Source of the DNA: Candidatus Omnitrophota bacterium
Lineage (GTDB): Bacteria; Omnitrophota; Gorgyraeia; Zapsychrales; JANLHA01
Direction of reading: 5' to 3'
Length of the DNA stretch: 64,000 nucleotides
Assembly: GCA_020632535.1 (NCBI GenBank)
Contig: JACKFJ010000001.1
Location: 410,890 to 474,889 of the forward strand
The translations under genes were made by a program, and so were the position numbers. The notes beneath the pieces were generated by a model that was not told where the DNA came from, made no database searches, and saw nothing but the letters and a program-made list of their open reading frames with translations. Shown here one piece after another: positions 47,170-55,762 of the stretch; within the stretch, counting starts at the first letter, position 1; every line of letters starts with the position of its first letter.

Positions 47170-48066
47170 GTGTTTAAAAAATTTTGTTTAATGAACGTGG
47201 TCTTCTTGTTGGCTTCCCATGGGGCTTTTGCACAGGAGGAAACACTGCAGGCGAAAATTTCGCGCATTGTTGCGCCGATGAGAGCAGAGGTTGGTGTTTC
47301 CATTCTTGGCATAGAGGACAGGAAGGCTTTGGGTGTTAATGAGGAAAGCAAGTTTCCCATGCAAAGCGTTTTTAAATTCCTCTCGCTTTGACTGTCTTGA
47401 GCGAAGTGGATAAAGGCCGCTTGGCATTGGATCAGGAAATAAATATACGCAGGAACGATCTTTTGCCGAATACCTGAGCCCGATAAGGGATAAGTATCCC
47501 GATGGAGATATCAAGATGTCATTGGCCGAGATTTTAAAATATACCGTGGCCCAAAGCGATAATAACGGATGCGACATTTTGCTGAAGCTTATCGGAGGGC
47601 CTGCGGTGGTAAATGATTATATACATGGCCTCGGCATCAAGGATTTTTCCGTCCAATTTAACGAACAAGAGATGCATAAAAACTGGAACGTCCAGTTTTC
47701 TAATTGGGCTACTCCCGTAGCTATCATCGAGTTGCTTAAAATTTTTATGAAGAGAAGATTTTATCCCGTAAAAGCTTTGATTTTCTTTTGGGGTGTGATG
47801 ACGGAAACAAAGACAGGGCAGAACAGGATCAAGGGGCAGTTGCGCAAGGAACTGCGGTTGCTCATAAAACGGGGACCTCTGATACGAATAAGGAAGGAAT
47901 TACGGCAGCTGTCAATGATGTGGGATTATCACTTTACCCGACGGTAAACATGTCGCCATTGCTGTATTTATTGCCAACTCGCGCGAGGATGTCGCAACGA
48001 ATGAAAAAGATCATCTCCGACATCTCCAGGGCCGTCTGGGATAATTTTGATGGACGCGTGCGGTGA
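47170..48066 (+). pseudogene. class A beta-lactamase gene inactivated by multiple frameshifts
   Basis: SxxK (FPMQSVFKF), SDN (AQSDNNGCD) and KTG (VAHKTGTS) motifs and the C-terminus (ISDISRAVWDNF) are all present. They are spread over all three frames, with at least 5 frame changes (near 47385, 47475, 47840, 47915 and 48000). Confidence 0.8.
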
Positions 48067-48141
48067 GGCGAGAAACGTCTGGATTGTGCCGGGCGCTGGC
48101 GGCAGATAAAGAGCGTGTTGGGTTAAAGTCTCGAGAGAATT

Positions 48142-48513
48142 ATGAGTCAAAGAATGCTTACTGAGAAACAAGCAAGAGAATTTGCAAGCCATTGGATTGA
48201 TGGATGGAATTCACACAATCTGGATGCGATTATGGCGCATTATGACGAGAAAGTTGTTTTGACTTCTCCAGTCGCGCAAAAGATTATGAATATCCCATCT
48301 GGCACAATCGAGGGCAAAGCAGCATTGCAAGTTTACTTTGCCAAAGGACTGGACTTTTACCCTGATTTAAGATTTGAACTTATTGAGGTAATGTGGGGAA
48401 TAAAAAGCGTGGTTGTGCATTACAAAAATCAGAAAGGTATAAAAGTTGGGGAATTAATGGAATTTGGTCTGACAGGTAAAGTTATTAGGGTTATTGTAAA
48501 TTATAATAGTTAG
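48142..48513 (+). CDS. SnoaL-like / NTF2-fold protein
   Basis: 123 aa. ...FASHWIDGWNSHNLDAIMAHYDEKVVLTSP... is typical of SnoaL-like domains. Confidence 0.6.
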   Translation: MSQRMLTEKQAREFASHWIDGWNSHNLDAIMAHYDEKVVLTSPVAQKIMNIPSGTIEGKAALQVYFAKGLDFYPDLRFELIEVMWGIKSVVVHYKNQKGIKVGELMEFGLTGKVIRVIVNYNS

Positions 48514-48658
48514 CGCCGTTTTGATAAAATACCTTTACGGTATGGCTGGGTAGTGTCGATGGGTAGGTCAAGAGATATTAGCGACCCCGTACTTCGTTTG
48601 CGATAAATTTTTATAAGTAGCGGTATTTCAAGGGGTTGTAGGGTTCGCCTATCGTCAA

Positions 48659-48744
48659 CGACTACCCGCCATTTTCTCTAAGCGATAACCTTCGAACCTT
48701 TGGTGAAGGTTATCGCAATTTAAGAGAAAATGGCGGGTAGTACT
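48659..48744. repeat. ~86-nt near-perfect palindrome (nested hairpins)
   Basis: The outer arms are actacccgccattttctct and its complement in ttaagagaaaatggcgggtagtact. The inner 12-bp stem gcgataaccttc/gaaggttatcgc spans 48682-48716. Confidence 0.75.
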
Positions 48745-48795
48745 TGTGAGCCAACTGGCGAACAAGTACTCCGCAGAAAGTACGGCGCCGCAGAA

Positions 48796-48820
48796 TTAAG
48801 AGAAAATGGCGGGTAGTACT
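48796..48820. repeat. third copy of the 25-nt arm TTAAGAGAAAATGGCGGGTAGTACT
   Basis: Identical to 48720-48744. Confidence 0.8.
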
Positions 48821-48828
48821 GTTAAGAA

Positions 48829-48898
48829 CATTGCGAGCGATTTTTGCGAAGCAATCTATACGAGATTACTTCGTCGGCCTGCGGCCTCCTCGTAATGG
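48829..48898. repeat. family-1 palindromic element, degenerate full copy
   Basis: cattgcgagcgatttttgcgaagcaatct-atacg-agattacttcgtcggcctgcggcctcctcgtaatgg. Confidence 0.75.
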
Positions 48899-48921
48899 GA
48901 TTTGAACGCGGATCCCCGATA

Positions 48922-49041
48922 GAAGCATTCGGGGATGACACGCGTGAAGCATTCGGGGATGACAAGCGTGAAGCATTCGGGGATGACAAGCGTGAAGCAT
49001 TCGGGGATGACAAGCGTGAAGCATTCGGGGATGACAGGCGG
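48922..49041. repeat. 5 x 24-bp tandem repeat derived from the family-2 3' arm
   Basis: (gaagcattcggggatgaca[a/c]gcgt) x5, preceded by ggatccccgata, which completes the family-2 hairpin with the first unit. Confidence 0.9.
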
Positions 49042-49181
49042 TAATTTCAGTTTTAAAAATTTGGTTTCGCGCTTTTCAGGCTAGAGACTTGTGATATAAT
49101 TTAAAATCACAACGAAGCGAAGGCCATTATGGCCGCGCGTAGAGTCGAGAGTAGAATTTTGTCGACGACGAAAGAGATCTC

Positions 49182-50630
49182 ATGGCCTCAAGATTAAAGC
49201 TTACTTCATTTGAAAACACGTCACTTCTTCGCAAGCTCACCATTTTTTATTTTGTTATTTCGATAGTCCCGTTCGGGTTTCTTTATTATCTCTATCTGCA
49301 GCTGCAAAATACCGGCCACATTGAAATTGATCTGAGGACATTTAATAGCGCGCTCTTGTGGGTGGGCAGTGGCGTCTTTTTGGGTTACTTTGCCATGCGC
49401 CATTTGGTTTCCAAAGTCACCGATATTACCCGTCGCAATACCGAAACCCTTGAACAAATTCTTGGTGTTGAAAAAATTCGTTCGCTTTCCAGTGGCAATA
49501 GTAATGAAATCGCGATTCTGGCAAAGTCGTTTAATGAAATTACTTCCCGTCTCGAAGAAAATATTCGCAATCTTGAACTCGCGAAAAAAACTTTGCATTC
49601 GGTCTTGTCGCGCGTGGGTGAGGGTATTTCATCGATGGACAATATTGATAATTTTTTGCATTTGATTGTTGAGACGATGACCGAGTCACTGCAGTCGCAG
49701 GCGGGCGCGTTGTTTTTGATAGATGAGAGCCGAAATGAACTATATTTAAAAGTTGCTTATGGTGAGACTGCCGCATCGAGTCCGCAAATTCGTATTCCCT
49801 TGGAGGGTGGTTTCTTTTCGTCGGTTATCCGCTCACATAAGGCGGAATTGATAGCCTCAATTCCATCGAATGTTAACCCGTCGACCTTTATGCGTCCCCC
49901 AGTTATTTGTAGTCCCATGGTTTTGCATGATCATGTTATTGGTGTGATGGCCGTTTGGTCACGCAAATCGGATGATGAATATGATAGTGAGGAACTTAAT
50001 CTTTTTTACAATTTGGCATTGCAAACGGCGGTCGCGATTGAAAATTCGCGGCTCAATGAAGACGCCGAGAAAACATATTTTGAAACGATTTCGGCTTTAG
50101 CTTTGGCCGTCGAGGCCAAGGATCCGTATTCGCGCGGACATTCAGATCGTGTCGCGCGGTATTGCGTTCAAATTGGAAAAGAAATGAGTTTTACGCAATC
50201 GGATTTGAATATTTTGCGTGATGCCGCCAAATTGCATGACTTGGGAAAAATTGGTGTTACGGATGCTGTTCTTAAGAAAGAAGGCACGCTCACCAATGAT
50301 GAAATGGAAATGATGAAGCGCCACAGTGAGATTGGTGAAGGGATTATTAAGCCAATCCGGTCTTTAAAAAATTTATGTGATCCGATTCGGCATCATCACG
50401 AAAAGCTTGATGGTTCAGGGTATCCTGATCGCATTAAGGGTGCGGATATTAGTCTTTTAACAAGGGTCTTAACAGTTGCCGATATTTATGACGCTTTGAC
50501 TTCGGAGCGCTCGTATCGCCGCGCTTTTACACAACAAAAAGCTTTTGAAGAACTCCGTAAGATGAAAGATCAGCTGGATCAACATGTCGTTGACGCCTTG
50601 GCCGTTGTGCTGCAAAAAAATTCTTCGTGA
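49182..50630 (+). CDS. membrane-anchored HAMP-like / GAF / HD-GYP c-di-GMP phosphodiesterase
   Basis: Two N-terminal TM helices and a GAF-like middle region. RGHSDRV, KLHDLGKIGV and HHEKLDGSGYP motifs. Confidence 0.85.
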   Translation: MASRLKLTSFENTSLLRKLTIFYFVISIVPFGFLYYLYLQLQNTGHIEIDLRTFNSALLWVGSGVFLGYFAMRHLVSKVTDITRRNTETLEQILGVEKIRSLSSGNSNEIAILAKSFNEITSRLEENIRNLELAKKTLHSVLSRVGEGISSMDNIDNFLHLIVETMTESLQSQAGALFLIDESRNELYLKVAYGETAASSPQIRIPLEGGFFSSVIRSHKAELIASIPSNVNPSTFMRPPVICSPMVLHDHVIGVMAVWSRKSDDEYDSEELNLFYNLALQTAVAIENSRLNEDAEKTYFETISALALAVEAKDPYSRGHSDRVARYCVQIGKEMSFTQSDLNILRDAAKLHDLGKIGVTDAVLKKEGTLTNDEMEMMKRHSEIGEGIIKPIRSLKNLCDPIRHHHEKLDGSGYPDRIKGADISLLTRVLTVADIYDALTSERSYRRAFTQQKAFEELRKMKDQLDQHVVDALAVVLQKNSS

Positions 50631-51466
50631 AAGAAAATCACTACATTCAGACAATTGATGAACAGGGTCGTATCTATTTAACGGCGCGGGCTGTTGTGTT
50701 TTATTTTTTACTTGTCGGCGCGGTGATCGGCACAATCATCACATCCAAAACACCGCTGACAAATGACATCGTCTGGATTATAAAAATTTTGTATTATGTT
50801 TTGCCCCTGATTTTGGCTTTGATATTCGCGTATCTTTTTCGACCTTTTTGGAAAAGTTTTCGTAATATTCTTTTTACGATTCTTGTTGTTCAGTTTCTGT
50901 ATAGCTTTTGCGTGAATATGATGCGCTGGGATTACTTACAGAAGCAATCGGATAAAAATCATTGGAAGAAAAGTGATCGGATTAAAGTCATTAAACATAA
51001 CGCGAAATATTTTGACCGCAACAGTGATGGCTTTCTTGACGAGCTGGTCTTGGATTTGACGATGGATTTTACAAAAATCCGGACGGGCGATTATTTATTG
51101 CATGGCGTTGTTGTTCCGGGGGCGTCATTGTCACCATTTTCAATTGATGGCGGAGGTGAGTTTAAGATTACGGAAAGGGGCGCAAAGAATATTCTTGCGC
51201 GATCGTTTGTGATCACGCCGCGGTCTGATTTGGGAAGAATTCCTTATGAAATGAAAAACTTTCAAGTCAAGTTAATGCTCTTTCGAGTTCTGAGCGTCGA
51301 TGAATATGGGCATAAACTTTTACAGTTTGCGCGCTGGGCACCATTTTTACGAAAAACGAATTGGCAGGGGGAAGACAAGGCGATTTATGGCGATTGGGTT
51401 TTGCTTCATGATGTGACATCGCCGGATGTTTTTACTTTGCGAACTCCCGCCGTTTATCCGGAATAA
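50627..51466 (+). CDS. hypothetical membrane protein
   Basis: GTG start overlapping the upstream stop (GTGA). Three N-terminal TM helices. 279 aa. Confidence 0.5.
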   Translation: MKENHYIQTIDEQGRIYLTARAVVFYFLLVGAVIGTIITSKTPLTNDIVWIIKILYYVLPLILALIFAYLFRPFWKSFRNILFTILVVQFLYSFCVNMMRWDYLQKQSDKNHWKKSDRIKVIKHNAKYFDRNSDGFLDELVLDLTMDFTKIRTGDYLLHGVVVPGASLSPFSIDGGGEFKITERGAKNILARSFVITPRSDLGRIPYEMKNFQVKLMLFRVLSVDEYGHKLLQFARWAPFLRKTNWQGEDKAIYGDWVLLHDVTSPDVFTLRTPAVYPE

Positions 51467-51470
51467 AATT

Positions 51471-52100
51471 ATGGGAACTGTACATAAAATTGGCGAAACA
51501 TATTATATTGAATTTGAAGCCCGTGGTTTGAAGTATCAACAAATCGCCGGGGATAATAAAGAGGCGGCTATGAAATTGTTGGAAAGTATCGAAGCTAAAA
51601 TCCGTCATGGTCAAATGGGTGTGGTCGTGCGCGATATTCCGATTGCGGTTTTCTTTAAAGACTATTTTGAGTTTGCGAGGATAAGTTATCCAGCTAAAAC
51701 TGTCGCGCGATTGGAACAATTGGCTAAACATTTTACAGGGTTTTTGAACACTCAATATCCAAATGTTATGCTCTTGTCGGGTTTGACACCTAAGGTGATT
51801 GAGGATTATAAATATTTTATATCACGCAGTGAGCAAAAGCCGTGGGTGATTAATTTTTCGCTTTTATTGTTGCGGGAAATTTTTGAGCATGCTTTAAAAC
51901 TTGGTTATTTAAACGATAATCCCACTTTACACATTCGTTTTGTGCCTGATCAGCGTCGGAATTGTATTGTTAAGGCTTCAATTAAGGAGATTCTTGATAA
52001 GGGGGTGTCATTGTTTCGTTTGGCACATTTATTAAAATTTAGCGATGTCTTGCGGGCAATGATCTTTTTTCGGTATTTGCGCAATCCGATGGCAGAGTGA
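51471..52100 (+). CDS. tyrosine recombinase N-terminal fragment (arm-binding plus SAM-like core-binding domain only), probable remnant
   Basis: MGTVHKIGETYYIEFEARGLKYQ is an arm-type beta-hairpin, followed by a core-binding-like helical region (...LTPKVIEDYKYF...LLLLREIFEHALKLGYLNDNP). The ORF ends at 209 aa without a catalytic R-H-R-Y domain. Confidence 0.5.
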   Translation: MGTVHKIGETYYIEFEARGLKYQQIAGDNKEAAMKLLESIEAKIRHGQMGVVVRDIPIAVFFKDYFEFARISYPAKTVARLEQLAKHFTGFLNTQYPNVMLLSGLTPKVIEDYKYFISRSEQKPWVINFSLLLLREIFEHALKLGYLNDNPTLHIRFVPDQRRNCIVKASIKEILDKGVSLFRLAHLLKFSDVLRAMIFFRYLRNPMAE

Positions 52101-52151
52101 TTGACGGCAGGTTAAACTGACTTTATAATGCGGGTCACGTAAAAATGTAAT

Positions 52152-52193
52152 GGAGAGGTGGCCACATGCTTCGCGTGTGGCACAACTCTCTCC
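52152..52193 (+). other. tRNA-Ser acceptor-mimic hairpin B1
   Basis: GGAGAGGTGGCCACATG-cttcg-CGTGTGGCACAACTCTCTCC followed by attttttgg. It is preceded by the same aatgtaat leader as hairpin B2 and the tRNA. Confidence 0.6.
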
Positions 52194-52219
52194 ATTTTTT
52201 GGAGAAAATTTAATGTAAT

Positions 52220-52272
52220 GGAGAGGTGGCAAGCTTTTCGAGATGAATTGGTGAAGCTTGCACGACCTCTTC
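52220..52272 (+). other. tRNA-Ser acceptor-mimic hairpin B2
   Basis: GGAGAGGTGGCAAGCTT-ttcgagatgaattggtg-AAGCTTGCACGACCTCTTC. The inner stem is a different sequence but still pairs. Confidence 0.55.
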
Positions 52273-52312
52273 ACTTTTCTGAGTGTTTTTGAGAAAGATA
52301 TTTTAATGTAGT

Positions 52313-52402
52313 GGAGAGGTGCCAGAGTGGCCGAATGGGGCGGTCTCGAAAACCGTTACCCTCGTAAGGGGGTCCAGAGTTCGAATCTCTGCCTCTCCGC
52401 CA
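52313..52402 (+). tRNA. tRNA-Ser (anticodon CGA)
   Basis: Acceptor GGAGAGG/CCTCTCC, anticodon loop CTCGAAA, long variable arm, T-loop AGTTCGAATCT, encoded CCA. Confidence 0.9.
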
Positions 52403-52445
52403 GTTTTTTTTGAATTGAATGGAGTGAATTGAGTAAGGGAAATCT

Positions 52446-52537
52446 CATTGCGAGGAGCGTTAGCGACGTGGCAATCTGTAGTAGATTGCCACGCCCTTCG
52501 GGCTCGCAATGGGAAGAAAATATCGGGCTCGCAATGG
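52446..52537. repeat. family-1 palindromic element plus a duplicated 25-bp tail
   Basis: cattgcgaggagcgttagcgacgtggcaatct-gtagt-agattgccacgcccttcgggctcgcaatggg, then gaagaaaatatcgggctcgcaatggg. Confidence 0.8.
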
Positions 52538-52557
52538 GAAGAAAATAAGGAAATTTT

Positions 52558-52929
52558 ATGCAAGATAAGCGTCGATCGTTTCGTCTTCCCGTGGAATTGC
52601 CGACTTCATTTAAAGTTTATGAAGAACAAACTCACGTATCTTTGGGTATGGTCAATGAAATCAGCGCGCTTGGCTTTTCGTTTACGACAAAGGAATTTAT
52701 ATCTGCCGGTCAGGAGTTATCGATGGTACTGCGCTTTCCCGATGGACAGCGTGTAACGCTTCCGGTTAAAACTGTTTGGAGTCGTCAGGAATCGTATGTT
52801 GATATGCCAGAGTACATGGTCGGCGTCAAATTGTGTGAGCCTTTAACACCACAAACCGCGCTTTATATTCGTCTTTATGTCCGTTACTTTTTCGCGACCT
52901 TTTCCAAAAAAATTGTTGATGAAAAATAG
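52558..52929 (+). CDS. PilZ domain protein
   Basis: RxxxR (DKRRSFRLP) and a (D/N)xSxxG-like motif (NEISALGFSF). 123 aa. Confidence 0.75.
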   Translation: MQDKRRSFRLPVELPTSFKVYEEQTHVSLGMVNEISALGFSFTTKEFISAGQELSMVLRFPDGQRVTLPVKTVWSRQESYVDMPEYMVGVKLCEPLTPQTALYIRLYVRYFFATFSKKIVDEK

Positions 52930-52998
52930 GCTATTCTCCAACAAATAAAACAAAGAAAACTGTGGCTAAAGCGCGGCACAGATATTAATATTGGGGTA

Positions 52999-55095
52999 AT
53001 GAAAAATTTGTCAACGTGTTTTCGAAATACAGTTTTTTTCTTTATTCTGCTTGTAGTTAGTCTCCCGACTTTTGCCGCCGAAACTGTAAAATTTGAAGAT
53101 GAAATTAAACAATCCCTTATCGCGCCGTTTGACGCGGCATTAACGGCTAATGGCGAGCTTATTGTTCTTGATTCAGGCAGTAAAGTTATTATCTTCGATG
53201 GCAATAGCCAAGAGCAAATTACTTTTTCCCTTAATAATACAAACAATACCGTTCCTACCGTTCCTGCTGCGCTGGCTGCACCGGTTGTTATGCCGCGTGC
53301 AATTGCATTAGCCCCACAGGGTCGTTTGGTTTTGGCTGACCCTGCCAATAGTCGTATTCAAGTTTTTAATCTTTCTGGTGAGCTTCAACATCAATTCGGC
53401 GCGCCGGGTACCTTGCCTGGTCAATTTAAAACATTAAGTAGTCTGGACGTTGATACGTTTGGTTTTGTTTACGCAACTGATCAGGACAATAAGCGTTTAC
53501 AAATTTTTAGCCCGAATGGGATTTTTATGAAAATGATTCCGCTTGGCGGCGCACCGGTGGATGTGGCGGTTGATTATCGTGGGAATATTTATGTCTTGAT
53601 TCCGGAGATTAGTAAGATTGAAAAATTTTCGAGTGATGGCAAAAAAATTGCGGATATCACATGCCGGATGAATAATAAGGATGAATTAGCTAAGGCGACA
53701 CGGATACAGGTTGATCCGTGGGGCAATATTTATTTGACGCAGTCATTGCTGGAGCGCGTTGTAAAAAGTGACGCAAACGGACAAGTTCTGATTGCTTTTG
53801 GTTCTGAAGGTAATGGCCGCGGACAATTTCGTGGGATTTCAGGAATTGTCGCGGATGAAAGCGGTCGGGTTTATGTCAATGACAGCGGCAATGGTCGAGT
53901 GCAAATTTTAAAAGTCAATGGACCGGCAAAGCCGATTTTAAGTAAAATCCGTTTTGCGCCTTTGTTTGTTGATTTTGAAACGACGCTTGAAGCGGAAGAC
54001 GCGATTAGCGATATTTTTTCTTTGCCGGGCAGGGGGCTGTTTACGATTTCCGATAAGAAGGCGCACGTGCTTGTTTCCAAGGGCGAAGTGTCGGCTATTG
54101 GGAGTGAAGGCAGTGGGGCTGGCCAGTTTGCGAATCCGACGGCAGTCTATGTCACTTTGGATGGTCGGATTTATGTCGCGGACACGGCTAATCATCGTGT
54201 TCAGATTTTTAACGTGGATGGTTCGCTCGGTTATCAGTTTGGAAAATTTGGTAATAAGTCCGGGCAATTTAATATGCCGCAGGGGATCGCGGTTAATGGT
54301 AAGGGCATTATTTTTGTCGCGGATACGCTCAATAATCGGATACAGATGTTTAATCAGGACGGTATTTATTTGAATGTGATCGGTCGGGAGCGTGCTGGAT
54401 CGACGGGTAAAGGTGATAGCTGCCAGAATTTGAATTTGCCAAAGGCGATTGCCATTGACTCAAAAGATCAATTGTATGTTTTGGATGCAGATATGACGCA
54501 GGTCAAAGTTTTTGATGAAAACGGCGATTGTCTTAAAACGATCGGCCAAAAGGGCAGTGGACAAGGGCAGTTTAATAAGTCTGTTGATCTTACGCTTGAT
54601 CAAAATGATAATCTCTATGTCGCGGATGCTGTCGACAATCGCGTGCAAATTTTTGATCCGAACGGGCGATTTTTGGTAGCGTTTGGCTCGGTGGGTGTGG
54701 GGGATGGGTATTTTAAGCAAATTTCGGCAATTGCCGCCACGGAAGGAAGGATCTATGTCGCGGATTATCAGAGCGATAAAATTCAGGTTTTTAAATATTC
54801 GCCTGATGGATTAATAGGCAAGACTGAACGTCTTCATACAACAAAAACCGCGCCACCACCGCCGGGTAAACAAAATAATGAGGTTTTTAAGTTCAATATG
54901 GCGCGCAAGTCCGCGTATATTGAGGCTACAAATGAATTCGCAGAAAATCTTGGTTTTTCGCAGGGTTATTTGCGTCGTTTTGTTCGTGTTGAATCTGTGG
55001 AAAGTTTAAATGATGGTCATGTGAAAGTTACAATCAGTATTCCAAAATATATTCCTAAGGAAATCGTGCCTGTTGATGGGGTTGGTTCACAATGA
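52999..55095 (+). CDS. secreted NHL-repeat protein (two beta-propeller-like NHL arrays)
   Basis: Signal peptide, then 10 or more repeats of the type G.G.GQF..P.GIAVD..G.IYVAD..N.RIQ.F. Confidence 0.8.
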   Translation: MKNLSTCFRNTVFFFILLVVSLPTFAAETVKFEDEIKQSLIAPFDAALTANGELIVLDSGSKVIIFDGNSQEQITFSLNNTNNTVPTVPAALAAPVVMPRAIALAPQGRLVLADPANSRIQVFNLSGELQHQFGAPGTLPGQFKTLSSLDVDTFGFVYATDQDNKRLQIFSPNGIFMKMIPLGGAPVDVAVDYRGNIYVLIPEISKIEKFSSDGKKIADITCRMNNKDELAKATRIQVDPWGNIYLTQSLLERVVKSDANGQVLIAFGSEGNGRGQFRGISGIVADESGRVYVNDSGNGRVQILKVNGPAKPILSKIRFAPLFVDFETTLEAEDAISDIFSLPGRGLFTISDKKAHVLVSKGEVSAIGSEGSGAGQFANPTAVYVTLDGRIYVADTANHRVQIFNVDGSLGYQFGKFGNKSGQFNMPQGIAVNGKGIIFVADTLNNRIQMFNQDGIYLNVIGRERAGSTGKGDSCQNLNLPKAIAIDSKDQLYVLDADMTQVKVFDENGDCLKTIGQKGSGQGQFNKSVDLTLDQNDNLYVADAVDNRVQIFDPNGRFLVAFGSVGVGDGYFKQISAIAATEGRIYVADYQSDKIQVFKYSPDGLIGKTERLHTTKTAPPPPGKQNNEVFKFNMARKSAYIEATNEFAENLGFSQGYLRRFVRVESVESLNDGHVKVTISIPKYIPKEIVPVDGVGSQ

Positions 55096-55105
55096 GGAGG
55101 CAGTT

Positions 55106-55762
55106 ATGAAAATGATGTGTGTCAAAATTTTTGGATTAGTTGCAATACTTGGGTTTGCGACTGCCGCTTTGAGTCAGCCGGCTGTTGTACCGCATTTTTA
55201 TGGAATTGAGCGGGGCATGATTCAGTATGAAATCAGTGGTTCATCGACGGGAACGGAAACGTTGTATTTTGATCAGTGGGGTATGCGACAAGTTCGTATT
55301 AAGTCTGAGGAGACTCAACGCTGGGGCGTTAACAATACGGTTACATTCAATTTTGCTGAGAAGATAATTATTATTGATCCTAATAAGAATCTTGGACAGA
55401 AATTGGAAGATGCCGATTTGAAGAAATTTTTGTTAAGCCATACGCCTGATGACAGTGGTTTGATCGCGATGCAATTTGCTGAATTTATGGGGGGAACAAA
55501 AGTCAAAAATGAAAATATTTTAGAGCGCCCGTGTGAATTGTGGGACATTAAAAATCTCAAGCTTAAGAATTCATTTTGGAAAGGAATCCCTTTGAAAATT
55601 GAAGTGCAGACGGTTGAAGGCACAGTCAATTATAAAGCGGTTAAGATTGATGAAACTATTGTCGTGGATGAGGCCATGTTTACAATTCCGGAATCGGTGC
55701 GCTTTATTGATATGGATATTAAGCAAATCCTGATTAGTTTAAGGACGAGTGATGGATTTTAA
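55106..55762 (+). CDS. hypothetical secreted protein
   Basis: ATG at 55106 after a GAGGAGG RBS. Signal peptide (FGLVAILGFATAALSQ). Confidence 0.55.
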   Translation: MKMMCVKIFGLVAILGFATAALSQPAVVPHFYGIERGMIQYEISGSSTGTETLYFDQWGMRQVRIKSEETQRWGVNNTVTFNFAEKIIIIDPNKNLGQKLEDADLKKFLLSHTPDDSGLIAMQFAEFMGGTKVKNENILERPCELWDIKNLKLKNSFWKGIPLKIEVQTVEGTVNYKAVKIDETIVVDEAMFTIPESVRFIDMDIKQILISLRTSDGF

